Positions 1 to 14,562 of a DNA stretch of 64,000 bases are shown here, in pieces. The notes under the pieces are model-generated. The model searched no databases. It was not told the DNA's origin and saw only the letters and a list, made by a program, of their open reading frames with translations. Position numbers and translations under genes: made by a program. The stretch is from Octopus vulgaris (Eukaryota), in NCBI GenBank assembly GCA_951406725.2, contig OX597822.1:117180001-117244000 (forward strand). The letters are read 5' to 3'. Numbering within the stretch: the first letter of the stretch is position 1; each line of letters starts with the position of its first letter.

Positions 1-85
1 CTGAAGCGCTAAGTTACGGGAATGTAAACACACCAGCATCAGTTGTCAAGCGATGTTGGGGGAACAAACAGACACACAAACATAT

Positions 86-134
<49 letters not shown>

Positions 135-1676
135 CATATATACGACGGGCTTCTTTCAGTTTCTGTCTACCAAATCCACTCACAAGGCTTTGGTCGGTCT
201 GAGGCTACAGTAGAAGACACTTACCCAAGGTGCCATGCAGTGGAACTGAACCCGGAACCATGTGGTTGGTAAGCAAGCTACTTACCACTCAGCCACTCCT
301 ACACCCATGTACAGGTTTCTGCATATTTGGTGTAAAATATTTATCTAATTTTATTGCAGCTTCAATGTATTAAAAAAATCCATAAAACAAGTCTTCTATG
401 TTGAAAAAAAGCCAGACACACCTATCAAAGGTGATATTAGAAAGAATTAATGATTATTGATTTCTTTTTTATTTATTTATTTCTTTGTTTTTATCAGACA
501 ACAAACTTATCATGACTAGCAAATCATTTAAAAAACAGTTTCATTTTCGGTTGGTTTGATCTGAAGGAAGAGGCAGCACCTAATGCATGCACATTTGCAG
601 AACCTCTGAGTCCAGTTACCATTCCTCTTGAATAATTACAAGTTGACAGCTGCTGGGGAAAACACAGGCAGAGAGTGAATTCCAAAAAGCTCTTCTTTAG
701 GGAAAGATTGACTGGACATGGTATTTAGTGCGGGGCATGGTACTGGAACAATACCATTTGTTGACTCTGTATTGGTTGGATGAACCTTTTTCTCTAGGTA
801 TAGTTCAGAGAGACACTATGTTACGATATTGCCAATAGAACCCCTATGTTACTGTGTGTATATGTATGCATTTGTGTGTGTGTGAGAATGATGATGATGA
901 TGATGATATGTATATATTGTTATCAGCATCATCATCAGCATCATCATTTAACATGCCTTATTCTATGATGGCATTGGTTGGATGGTTCGACAAGAACAGA
1001 TGAGCCAGAGAGCTCTGTCAGGTTCCGTTGTCTGCTTTGGCATAGTTTCAACAACTGGATGTCCTTCTCGACACCCACTGCTTAACAGAGTGGACGAGGT
1101 TCTTTTTTATATGGTATTGGCACTGGCACCAGTGAGGTCATCAAGGACTCGCAAGATAAGATCCCTCAGCTGAGCAGGGTATAGACTGGAGATAAAGAAA
1201 CTATGATAGAGGGAGAGAGGAGCAGGGGACTTGCTGAAGAGGTGAATGCATGGCTTGTCCATCTGGAAAGGGAGAAAGACAGAGAAGAAACAGATATGAG
1301 GTTCAGCTACAATGTAAATATGAGACAGAATAGGAAGCTTTGAAAAGGCGGTGATCTGGCAGAATCATTAGCATGCTGGGCGAAATGCTAAGCGGTATTT
1401 CGTCTGCTGTTACGTTCTGAGTTCAAATTCTACCAAGGTCGATTTTTGCCTTTCATCCTTTCGGAGTCGATTAAATAAGTACCAGTTATGCACTGGGGAT
1501 GATATAATCGACTTAATCTGTTTGTCTGTCCTTGTTTGTCCTCTCTGTGTTTAGCCCCTTGTGGGTAGTAAAGAAATAGGAATTTGTGGTACCTTGGGCA
1601 AGTGTCTATTACTATAGCTTCAGGCCAACCAAAGCCTTGTGAGTGGATTTGGTAGACGGAAACTGAAAGAAGCCTG

Positions 1677-1743
<67 letters not shown>

Positions 1744-2689
1744 TATGTTTGTGTGCGCCTGTGTTTGTCCCCACCATCACTTGACAACTGAGGCTGGTGT
1801 GTTTATGTCCCTGTAACTTAGCAGTTAAGCAAAAAGAGACTACTAGAATAAGTACTAGGCTCACAAAGAATAAGTCCAGGGGTTGATTTGTTCAACTAAA
1901 GGCAGTGCTCCAGCATGGCCGCAGTCAAATGACTGAAACAAATAAAAGAGTAAAAGAGTATAATCTGAACAGTTAACAGAGCCACCATATTCCTTTATAG
2001 TCAAGAATAAAACCTGTACCTTACAATATAGTTAGCACTTTAATATATTTCTGACATCAATTTTATGAACATCGAGGAGAAAGAAGGGGAAAATTTCTTT
2101 TGGGTATCATAATCTAGCTTTCTTATAAACCTATCCCTGACCTGAAGACATAGATTTCTGCCATTGAATTCATACAAAATGAGATTTTTTACAAGATAGT
2201 AATACACTGAACAATATTTTCCACTGAAAACCAGATGCTGTCCATAGCCTCCACCCAACTATTGATCCAATAACACACAGTGTCACAGATGTGCAGACAA
2301 TGTAGGAACATCACAAAACCGATTATTCACTTGGTAAGTAAGTGCACTAAATTTGTGGCACAGTCATAAAAGCAATAACATTAAAAGGTGGATAATATAA
2401 ATCTATCTGTTGTAATATATGTATGTAGTATATATAAACATTGTGGTAGTTGAGGTCAGTGGTTCTAATGTAACCAGAAATTATAGAAGAAACTAAGGAA
2501 TAAAATCATATGATCTATTCTTTGTATTTTTTCATAAGTGTTGGATTGGGGTTAATCATTAGGGCATCAGTATTTCTTCTGACTCCACGTTCTGAGTTCA
2601 AATTACACTGAGGTCGCCTTTGCTTTTCATCTTTTCAGGGTTGATAAAATATATACCTGAGTAGTACTCCTTCTGATGAGAGATAAATA

Positions 2690-2920
2690 TCATTTATTTA
2701 AAGGACACAATACAAGTCTTTAAGTGCTGCTAATAGTTTCATCTGTAAAGAAACATCTCTAACATATTCATCAGGCACAAACCACATATCATAATGTACT
2801 TCTCTTGTTCATTTTTGTAGTTTATGATATCTGGTTTGTGCCTGATGAGAGACATTTCTCAACATATGAAACAATTAGTAGCACTTAAAGACATGTATTG
2901 TGTCCTTTAAATTAATAATA
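2690..2920. repeat. ~230 bp palindrome carrying two inverted, degenerate hammerhead motifs
   Basis: ATTTAAAGGACACAATACA... pairs with ...TGTATTGTGTCCTTTAAAT; + copy GTGC-CTGATGA...GAAACAATTAGTA-GCAC; - copy GTGC-CTGATGA...GAAACTATTAGCA-GCAC. Confidence 0.7.
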
Positions 2921-4858
2921 TATATATATGTATATATGTGTGTGTGTGTGTGTGTGTGTATCATCAGCATTATCATCATCATTATTTAGAGTCCGCTTTC
3001 CATGCTAGCATGGGTTGGACAGTTCAACTGGGGTCTGGAAAGTCAGGAGGCTGCACCAGGCTCCAGTCTGATCTGGCAGAGTTTCTACAGCTGGACGCCC
3101 TTCCTAAAGCCAACCACTCCGTGAGTGTAGTGGGTGCTTTTTATGTATCACCGGCAGAGATGCCAGGGGAGGCTGGCAATGGCCACGATCAGTTAGTGCT
3201 TTTTACGTGCCACCGGCACGGAAGCCAGTCAAGGCAGCACTGGCATCGGCCACGTTTGGATGCCCGGAGCTCTTGGCGAAATGCAAGCGATGCACGGCAG
3301 TACAGAGCTCTTGGCAAAATGCACAGTAGTGTGGTGAAGAGGCGGAAAATGTAATTGGACGAGCATGGTGGAATGTCCCAGTGAAAACCTCAATAAACTT
3401 TAAGCAAAACAAACCTGATATTATATATATATGTTTCTATGTATATACGCATATCCTCCTCCTCCTCCTCCTCATCATCATCCTCCTCCTCATCATCATC
3501 ATCAGCAGCAGCAGCAGCAGCATCATATAATGTCCATTTTCCATGCTGGCATGGGTTGAACGGTTTGACTGAAAACTGGAAGCTGGGGAGCAGCTCCAGG
3601 TTCCAGTCTGATTTGGCAAGGTATCTACTGCTGGATGCCCTTCCTAACATCAGTTGTTAATTCAAGAGTGTAGAGGGGGCCCTTTTACTTGCCACTGGCA
3701 CAGGTGCTGGTTACGAAACACCCGCATTGGCCATGACTATGATCTCACTTGGCTGGACATGTCTTCTCAAGCACAGTATATTGCCAAAGGTTTTGGTCCC
3801 TTATCACTGCTTCCATGAAGCCCAAAGTTTGGAGTGTGATTTTTACGTGTCACCAGCACAGGAGCCAGGTATGTGACATTAGCATCAGCCATGGCTATGA
3901 TTTCATTTGGCTTGTATATATGTGTGTGTGTGTATGTATATATATACACACACGCATATGTATATAATTGTATATAATTGTGTGTATATATATATATATA
4001 TACACACACATAGATGTATATTCTTATTTACTCTTTTACTTGTTTCAGTCATTTGACTGTGGCCATGCTGGAGCACCACCTTTAGTTGAGCAAATCGACC
4101 CCAGGACTTATTCTTTGTAAGCCAAGTACTTACTCTATTGGTCTCTTTTTACGGGGACATAAACACACCAGCATCGGTTGTCAAGCAATGTTGGAGGGGA
4201 CAAACACAGACACACAAACACACACACACACATACGTACATATATATACATATATATGACGGGCTTCTTCCAGTTTCCGTCTACCAGATCTACTCACAAG
4301 GCTTTGGTTGGCCCGAGGCTATAGTAGAAGACACTTGCCCAAGCTACTTACCACACAGCCACTCTTGCGCCTATATATATATATTATTCCGTTATTGCCC
4401 ACAAGGGACTAAACATAGAGGGGACAAACTAGGACAGACAAAGGGATTATGTCAATTACATTGACCCCAGTGCATAACTGGTACTTATCTAATCGACCGA
4501 CGAAATGATGAAAGGCAAAGTCGACCTTGGTGGAATTTGAACTCAGAATGTAACGGCAAGCAAAATACTGCCAAGTATTTCGCCCAGTGTGCAAACGATT
4601 CTGCCAACTTGCCACCTTCGAGTGCACCAACTGATCGTGGCCGTTGCCAGCCTCCCCTGGCACCTGTGCCGGTGGCACGTAAAAAGCACCCACTATACTC
4701 ATGGAGTGGTTGGCGTTAGGAAGGGCATCCAGCTGTAGAAAAACTGCCAGATCAGACTGGAGCCTGGTGCAGCCCCCTGGCTTCCCAGACCCCGGTCGAA
4801 CTGTCCAACCCGTGCTAGCACAGAAAACAGACGTTAAACGTTAGGGTTAGGGTTATGA

Positions 4859-4942
<84 letters not shown>

Positions 4943-4966
4943 CTATATATATATATATAAAGTGAA

Positions 4967-5408
<442 letters not shown>

Positions 5409-5435
5409 CATACATACATATATATATATATATAC

Positions 5436-5470
<35 letters not shown>

Positions 5471-5959
5471 CATCGCCAGCCCTCAGTCAAAATTGTCCAA
5501 CCCATGCTAGCATGGAAAGCGGACGTTGAACGATGATGATGATCATCATCATATGGTGTAAGTGGAGCAAGAGCACACACGGGAACAAAAAGTGTCGCTG
5601 AAGAGGTCACAGATGTGTGACAAAAAATTTCCGGACAATGGACATAAAACAAATTAGACCAGTAATAAACCAGTGAAGAAAGAAATATATATGTATAGTG
5701 CGTGTGTTTATTTGGCCAAAAAAATTTTTTTAAATAAAATAAAATGACCATCCCGAAATACAATGATATATATAACTGTATACATGTATGTGTGCGTATG
5801 TATATGTATGCATGGATAAATATGTGTGTGCATGTGTGTATGTGTGTGTGTGTGTGTGTATGTGTGTGTGTTTCAATGCTGTTACTATATACGATGTGCT
5901 GTGTGCACACGTGTGTGTAAGTCAGAGGAGAAGCATGTAATGCTGTTCATACCATTCAC

Positions 5960-5992
5960 CTTTAGAAATTGTCCTCTGGTGTTCTTTGCCAG
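5960..5992 (-). other. Candidate 33-nt exon
   Basis: Long T-rich tract ...GTGAACAG|CTGGCAAAGAACACCAGAGGACAATTTCTAAAG|GTGAAT. Confidence 0.3.
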
Positions 5993-6119
5993 CTGTTCAC
6001 ACCAAAATAACATAAAAAGAAAAAAGAAAAACCACCAAAAGCCTCTCATTTTTTATTCCACTTCTCCTCTCGACGCATCACCATATTCAACTTTACTATT
6101 ATCCTACTTAACCATTCAT

Positions 6120-6240
6120 CTCTCTCACTGTCAGTCTCTCTCTCTCTCCCTCTCCCTCTCTTTATCTGTTTGTCTGTCTGTTTCTCTCTCTCCCTCTCTA
6201 TTTTTCAGTCTATCTATCATTCTGTCTGTCTATCACTTTC

Positions 6241-6271
<31 letters not shown>

Positions 6272-6414
6272 CCTTTTCTCTCTCTCTCTTTCTCTCTCTG
6301 TCAGTTTATATCTCTCTCTCGCACTCCCTCCCTCCCTCCCTCCCTCTCCTTTTCTTTCTGTCTGTCTATCTTCTTGCCAGTCAATCTCTCTCTTTCTGTC
6401 TCTCTCATTTTCAG

Positions 6415-6488
<74 letters not shown>

Positions 6489-6493
6489 CATCC

Positions 6494-6554
<61 letters not shown>

Positions 6555-6656
6555 CTCCATCTGTGTCTGTCTGTTGTCTGTGTATCAATCTATCTATTTA
6601 TTTATCTGTCTACTTACCTTGACATGTGTCTATCTGAACTATTTATCTTTCCTCCC

Positions 6657-6693
<37 letters not shown>

Positions 6694-6697
6694 TCTA

Positions 6698-6776
<79 letters not shown>

Positions 6777-6813
6777 GTCTGTCTGTCTGTCTATCTGTCT
6801 GTCTATCTGTCTA

Positions 6814-6857
<44 letters not shown>

Positions 6858-6886
6858 GTATGTCTGTCTATCTGTCTGTCTATCTG

Positions 6887-6941
<55 letters not shown>

Positions 6942-6970
6942 GTCTGTCTGTCTATCTGTCTGTCTATCTG

Positions 6971-7017
<47 letters not shown>

Positions 7018-7068
7018 GTCTGTCTGTCTATCTGTCTGTCTATCTATCTGTCTGTCTGTCTGTCTGTC

Positions 7069-7111
<43 letters not shown>

Positions 7112-7132
7112 GTCTGTCTGTCTATCTGTCTG

Positions 7133-7204
<72 letters not shown>

Positions 7205-7205
7205 A
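6120..7205. repeat. Compound (CT)n/(CTAT)n/(CTGT)n microsatellite
   Basis: Direct reading. Confidence 0.95.
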
Positions 7206-7418
7206 TCTCTCCCTCCATATATTCTATTCCACTTTTTTGTTCAAGCACTGCAAACACAAATACAAATACATGTTCATATACATACATGTACATACATACA
7301 CGCACACACACATATGCATACATTCAGGGAAGACATACTGACTAAATATAAAACGTTATTGATTGTGTCAGCAAGCTGTCAATGTATGGAAACACACACA
7401 CACACACAAACACACACA

Positions 7419-7484
<66 letters not shown>

Positions 7485-7815
7485 CACACACGCATGTATA
7501 GGTATATGTATATGGATATGGATATACACATGTGGTCTGCTTGTGGTGGGGGTGAGGGCAAGTTAGGTTTTTCAGAATTCAACAGAATTTACCTGGTAAG
7601 GGAATCTTTTCATAATATCCTCTCTCTTATTTTTTTCTTTGTGTGTGAGTGTTTTTGTACATGTGTACCTGTATGCTACTCTCTCTCTCTCTCACTCAAT
7701 CTCTACTCCTCCCCCTCACCCATTTTAATTCCTGACCTCCCCCCATCCTCTCTTTCTGTCACTTGCTTGTGTTCTCTACACACATTGGTTCTGTTGAGCT
7801 ATCCCTCAAACTTAC

Positions 7816-7982
7816 CTGATCAATGAAGCTACTTGTATGTGTGTCTCTGACAAAGGTGTAGGTCCATTGCTTTTTGTTCCAGCAGAACCATAACATCTGG
7901 AACTGGTGTCACCAATCTAGTCAAACCAGGGAGCCGGCAGAGAAGTTCACATCTTTCCAAAGTTCTATAGGTTAGATATCAC
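7816..7982 (-). other. Candidate exon (167 nt; UTR, first coding or lncRNA)
   Basis: AATTTTATGTCTATAG| ... GATCAG|GTAAGT; stops in all frames at the 5' part; possible ATG ORF MLWFCWNKKQ...SFIDQ. Confidence 0.4.
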
Positions 7983-8019
7983 CTATAGACATAAAATTAT
8001 GCACACAGAAGCATTTATA

Positions 8020-8069
<50 letters not shown>

Positions 8070-9482
8070 ATATATAGATGTATATATGTATTGATGTATG
8101 TATATATGCATGTGTATACATATATATGCTCTATATATACGTATGCATTTAAGCATATATATATATATAATACATACATACATACATACATACTTACATA
8201 CATATATATATATATATGTATACATACTTATATACATATATGTATGTTTTAGTATATATATGTAATATAATGCATACATACACACATACACTTATATATG
8301 CATATATATATATGCATTTACAAACACACATTCATATACATGCATAGCATACATAAATACCTACATGTATATATAGATACATGTACACATGCATGCATAC
8401 CCATACACATACATATAATACATGCATGCATACACTCATGCATACATACACTGACTTGATCAATTGCAGTCCCTCAGGTTTTCGAAGCCTACCTGAGGGA
8501 CTGGATTGAGCTGACTTTTGGTAATTAACACTTCTTCCAAAGTGACTTTTTCAACAAAACACCTGTATTATACTGAAGAGGACACAGAAGAGGACAAAGA
8601 AGGAGATATTGTTCAAGTCTGTTCCTGATTATTGAACAAGAAAATAGTTTGGCACGGAGCATGGAGCAGAAGAAGAAAAAAGGAAAGAAGAACTGTTGAA
8701 AATGTTTCCCAGAAAAGGTAAGAATGAAAGAATTGCTCAATGTATTACATTATTGGTGGAATTTGTGTGGTTTTGCCCCATGTTTTATTGTATGGATTTA
8801 TTGCGAATATTTATTGTGAGTGTGTATGTGTGTGTGTGCATATGTATGCGTGGGTATTTATACATACATATATATATATGGCGAACTGGCAGAAACGTTA
8901 GCACGCCAGGCGAAATGCGTAGCCGTATTTCGTTTGCCGTTACGTTCTGAGTTCAAATTCCGCTGAGGTCGACTTTGCCTTTCATCCTTTCGGGGTCGAT
9001 AAATTAAGTACCAGTTACACACTGGGGTCGATGTAATCGACTTAATCCGTTTGTCTGTCCTTCTTTGTCCCCTCTGTGTTTAGCCCCTTGTGGGTAGTAA
9101 AGAAATATATATATATATTTACATATGTACATACGTCCATACATACATATATAGAATATATATTCTTTTATTCTTTTATTTGTTTCAGTCATTCAAATCG
9201 AACCCAGGACTTATTCTTTGTAAGCCTAGTACTTATTCTATCGGTTTCTTTTGCTGAACTGCTAAGTTATGGGGATGCAACCTCACCAACATCGGTTGTC
9301 AAGCAATGTTGGGGGTACGAACACAGACCCACCCTGCCACACATATACATTCATATATATATAAATACATGTATGTATATATATATATACACACATACAT
9401 ACATATATATAAATACATGTATCAATATATATATACACTCACACACACACACACACATATGTATATACATATATATACATAT

Positions 9483-9533
<51 letters not shown>

Positions 9534-11598
9534 GTAATGAAATGATTAAACAAACCAAGCAATGTTGTTTTGGTTGTGTAATTCAAAAGTTGGTTAAATA
9601 AGAACACTTCAAACCAGTGACTGCATTCTGCAAGAAGTTTAATTAAAAACTCTCCAGCAGTAATACAATAAAATTAATTCAATCAACCATTTTATCTTTT
9701 CATTAAAAACAAAATAATTTCTCCAATGTACACAATGCAAAGAGGTGCTGGCTTGGCTACGTATTAAAATGTTGGCTTCTCAACCACAAAGTTCTGGGTT
9801 CAGTTCCACTGGGCAAGTGTCTTCTATTATAGCCTCAGTTCAACCAAAGTCTTGTGGTAGATGGAAACTGAAAGAAGCCCATAGTGTATATGTATGTGTG
9901 TGTCATAGTATCTGTGTCTCCTAGCACCCCTTGAAAACTGGTGTTGGTGCGATTACGCCCACATAGCTTAGTGGTCCAGTGATAGAGACCAATAAATTGA
10001 GGACAGGGCATAGAAAAATAATTACTGGGGTCAATTCATTCAACTAAAAATTCTTCAAGGAGGTGCCCCAGCCCCAGTCTAATGATTGAAACAAAGTAAA
10101 AAGTAGAAGATAAAAATAAAATATATTTCTATAGAACATTTATTTTAACACAATTCATTTGACAGATTTTTTCTTTTAGCCATTTTATCCATTTGATCAT
10201 TATATTTCTGTTGCAATACACTGCCTTTGTTTAATTAAATATGAAAATAATGAAAGATTTATTAAAATTACTGTCAATAATAAGCTGGAATTTGGAGCAT
10301 AGATTACTAAAAAATTTCAATACCAGGTTTTACTATGGATCTCTTTAAAACAGAAAGTTTGTATCTGAATCCAGAGCAGTCAAACTTGAGGTTGTGAGTT
10401 CAGTTCCCAGACCAGGCTGTGTTTTGTGCACTTTTTGAGCAAGACACTTTATTTCATGTTGCCGCAGTTTGCTCATCTGTAGAAATGAGTAGAGATGTCA
10501 CTGGTGCCAAGCTGTATTGGCCCCTTTGCCTTTCCCTTGGATAACATTAGTGGCATGGAGAGGGGAAGCTCGTACGCATGGACAACTGGTGGTCATCCAC
10601 ATACAAACTCATCCAGACTTGTGCCTCAGAGAGGAACTTTCTAGGTGCACTTCCATGGACACTCATGACTGAAGGGTGTTCTTACCCTGTCCAACACCAA
10701 CAATTCCATCAATCAGCTGCATTACTTTCCACTTTTGCTTTCTTTTAACAGGTTTCTTAAATCTCATTCAGTAAATATATAAATGGGTAACCCTGCGAAG
10801 GACAGGCATTCTTTTCAAGGCCTGCCTAACCAGTAGGATGGCATCATTGGAAAGCTACAACTATGTGAGGAAGAGTATTGTGATCAATGGTGTATAACAA
10901 CATCTGATAGTCTGGTCTATACAGATATACAATGACATATATAGATATAGATACATTCATACACGCATTCATTCATGCATGTGTGTGTGCATATGTATGT
11001 ACATATATATATATGAATATATGCATGTGTGTATCTATTTATATGTGTGTGTGTATGTATATATATATACGTATGTATATATATATATATATATCAGATC
11101 TGACTGGCCTGGTGCAGCCTTCGGGCTCCCCAGACTCCAGTTGAACCGTCCAACCCATGCTAGCATGGAAAGCGGACGTTAAATGAAGATGATGATGATG
11201 ATGATATATATATATGATTGATTGATTCTAGTTTCAGCTTATGAGCTGTGGCCATATATATATACATATATATATGTATATATATATATATTTGTATGTA
11301 TGAAAACAAGATGTTTTTGTTATCTTAGGACATGAAGAAGTTAATGCAAGTGAAAGGTGCTGACCACTTTAACTCGACTACCAATTAACCAAGTTGTGGG
11401 TTCAATTTCAGAACTAGGAACACATACATTTTGTTCTTGGACAAGATGCATAATTTCCCATTGTTCCAAAATAGCAAGAAACTTAGCTGCTATTTCCGAT
11501 GGGTCAAGCCAGTAATTTAAAACTCTTTTGCAGATCTCACACAGACATGATGTCATCCTCACAGCTTGAGATAAGAAATAAAGCATTCTTGTACTTAC

Positions 11599-11613
11599 CT
11601 TCTTCCTTTGCAG
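11599..11613 (-). other. Candidate 15-nt microexon
   Basis: TTCTATTTTTATTATGTTTAG|CTGCAAAGGAAGAAG|GTAAGT. Confidence 0.45.
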
Positions 11614-11717
11614 CTAAACATAATAAAAATAGAAGTCTGAACTCTAAGAACAGGATCAGATAGTGCCAGGTGGGTTGTCTGAGGCTCCAGTGATCAGCCA
11701 ACCTACTGCCTTTAGCT

Positions 11718-11822
11718 ATAATAATTATAATAACAATTATAATAATAATGATAATGATAATAATGATAATAATAGTAATAATACTAATAATAATAATAAT
11801 AATGATGATGATGATAATAATG

Positions 11823-11878
<56 letters not shown>

Positions 11879-12122
11879 TATATTAATAATAATAATCCTT
11901 TCTACTATAGGCGCAAGGCCTGAAATTTGGGTGAGGGGAATTGTCGATTACATCAACCCCAGTACTCATTGACTCTGAAAGGGTGAAAGGCAAAGTTGAA
12001 CTGAGAACACAGTGGTAGACAAAATACTGCTAAGCATTTAATCTGGTGTGCTAACGATTGTGTCAGCTCACCATCTTAATAATGATAATAATAATAATGA
12101 TGATAATAATAATAATAATAAT

Positions 12123-12157
<35 letters not shown>

Positions 12158-12165
12158 TAATAATG

Positions 12166-12215
<50 letters not shown>
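11718..12215. repeat. (TAA)n tracts interspersed with SINE-B remnants
   Basis: Direct reading. Confidence 0.9.
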
Positions 12216-12530
12216 TCTTTCTACCTGAAATTTTGTGAGAGGGTGCTAGCCAATTACATTGACCTTCCCAGGGCTCAACTTGTATATATTTTAAAACCCG
12301 CCAGAAAGGATGAAAGGCAAAGTCAATCTCTGTAACATTTGAACTCAACACATAAAAAGTCAGACGAAATGCTACAAAGCATTTTGTCTGACGCACCAAC
12401 AATTCTGCCAGCTCACCACGTTAATGTTTCAAATTTTTGCACAAGGCCAGAAGTTTTAAGGTAAGAGGAGGTAACTCAATAGCACTGACCACCAGTGCTT
12501 AACTGATTCTATATTTTATTGACTCTAGAG

Positions 12531-12847
12531 CAGAGGTTCTCAAACTTTTTGGGCCACTGCCCCACCTCAAGGCCACATAATACCCTCTGTACCTCCACCC
12601 CTACTTTTATGCATAAATAAATATTCTATATTTTACTAATCTATATATACTATGAATCATATGATATTTAATATATTATATAATTTGTGTACAATACTAC
12701 AATAATATTATAAATTCATAGTTTCCTCCAGTTCACTACCTTCCTTGCAATGCCTCCTTTTTCTCTACCTGCACTGCCCCCTTAGACACCACCTGGACCC
12801 TCTCAACACCAACTGTAGTGCAGTAGTGCCCACTTTGAGAACCTATG
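12531..12847. mobile_element. hAT (Charlie/Buster-like) MITE nested in a SINE
   Basis: TIRs CAGAGGTTCTCAAA / TTTGAGAACCTATG; perfect 8-bp TSD CTCTAGAG. Confidence 0.85.
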
Positions 12848-13212
12848 CTCTAGAGGGATGAAAGACAAATTTGACCTTGACAGGATTCAAACTTAGAATG
12901 TGAGCAACCAGAACTAATACCACAAGGCATTTTGTCCAACACTAATGATTTGGCCAAATAATGGTAATTACAACAATAACAGCAACAATAATAATCCTTT
13001 CTACTATAGACACAAGGACTGAAATTTTTCAGGAGGAGAGTAAAATTTTTCAGGAGGTATTTGATTTATCGACCCTGAAAAGATGAAAGGCAAAGCCAAC
13101 CTTCAAGGAATTTGAACTCAGAATGTAGCAACAGGTAAAATGCTGCTAAGCATTTCATCCAGCGTGCTGACAATTCTGCCAACTTGCTGCCTTAACAATA
13201 ATAATAATGATG

Positions 13213-13267
<55 letters not shown>

Positions 13268-14313
13268 TGATGATGATGTAGTTTCAAATTTTAGCACAAA
13301 GCCACAAATTTTGGGGTAGTGGGGGATTTCCCCTGCATCTATAATTATTGAAATATTTTTATTTTGTTTTGGTGTTTTTGTTTGTTTTTAATTAACAGAA
13401 AGCACGTGGGTAAAAACTTAATTCTTTGACCAACAAATTCCACAGATATATTCGTATAATCATGGCCGAAGAAATTGCTTCAGATATACTGGATTCAATT
13501 TTTGGCACAAGGCCAGCAAGTTTTGGGGATGGGAATAAGTCAATTACATCGACCCCAGTGTTCAACTGGTACTTATTCTATCAACCCTGAAAGGATGAAG
13601 GGCAAAGCCAACTTCAGCAGAATTTGAACTCAGAAAGTAAAGACTGACGACATACTGCTAAGCATATTGCCCAGCATGTTAACGATTCTGCCAGCTCACC
13701 ACTTCTAAAAGTTGAAGGCTGCCTATGAGATTGGAACTCACGTCTCCTAGGGACATGAAAGGTGCTCTAACATTGTACCAATGCTATTAGTCTTTGACTG
13801 CTTCAGATGTATATTACTAACACATGTCCTTAACTCTTTTGGTTAATTAAAAAAAAAATTGTAACAGACTAGGCAGGTTAACTGCACAATTCAACATTTG
13901 TGAAAATTCAGTTTTTAGTAACCAGAGAAATATTCAATATAAGTTAGCTTGTTAATTGGACATAAAAGACTATAAATAAAGGAATCTATCGGGAGAGAGA
14001 GAGGGAGAGTCGTAAAGCAAGCAGCTTTGTAAGACTTAATATAAAGGACAGAGTGACATCTGTGTTGCTTGCTGGTGTTTATTATGGGAATGTAACATAT
14101 TATACATACACTGGCTTCTTTTGTTGCTTCTCCTGCTACGTGTTGTCTATATTGATATTTTATATCTGACTATTTATTGGACTGACTTACTACTAATTAC
14201 TCCCTTGCCCAACTAAGTAATTACCTACGTAACTGCTACTATTTCTCTGTCTCCTCCCTTCTGTTTTACTCTTCCCCCGCTTCTCTCTTTTATATGCATA
14301 AATATACATACAT

Positions 14314-14345
<32 letters not shown>

Positions 14346-14509
14346 TTAACGTCTGTTGTCCATGCTGGTATGGGTTTGACCAGAGCTGGCAAGCTTGAAG
14401 GCTGCACCAGACTCTAGTCTGATTTGGCATGGCTTCTACAGCTGGATGCCTTTCCTCATGCCAACCACTCTGAGTGCTTTACATACCACTGGCATGGGTG
14501 CCATTTGCG

Positions 14510-14561
<52 letters not shown>

Positions 14562-14562
14562 T

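Noticed and set aside
5826-7345. 459-aa and overlapping SIYL-repeat ORFs
   Set aside because: Translations of (CTAT)n/(CT)n microsatellites
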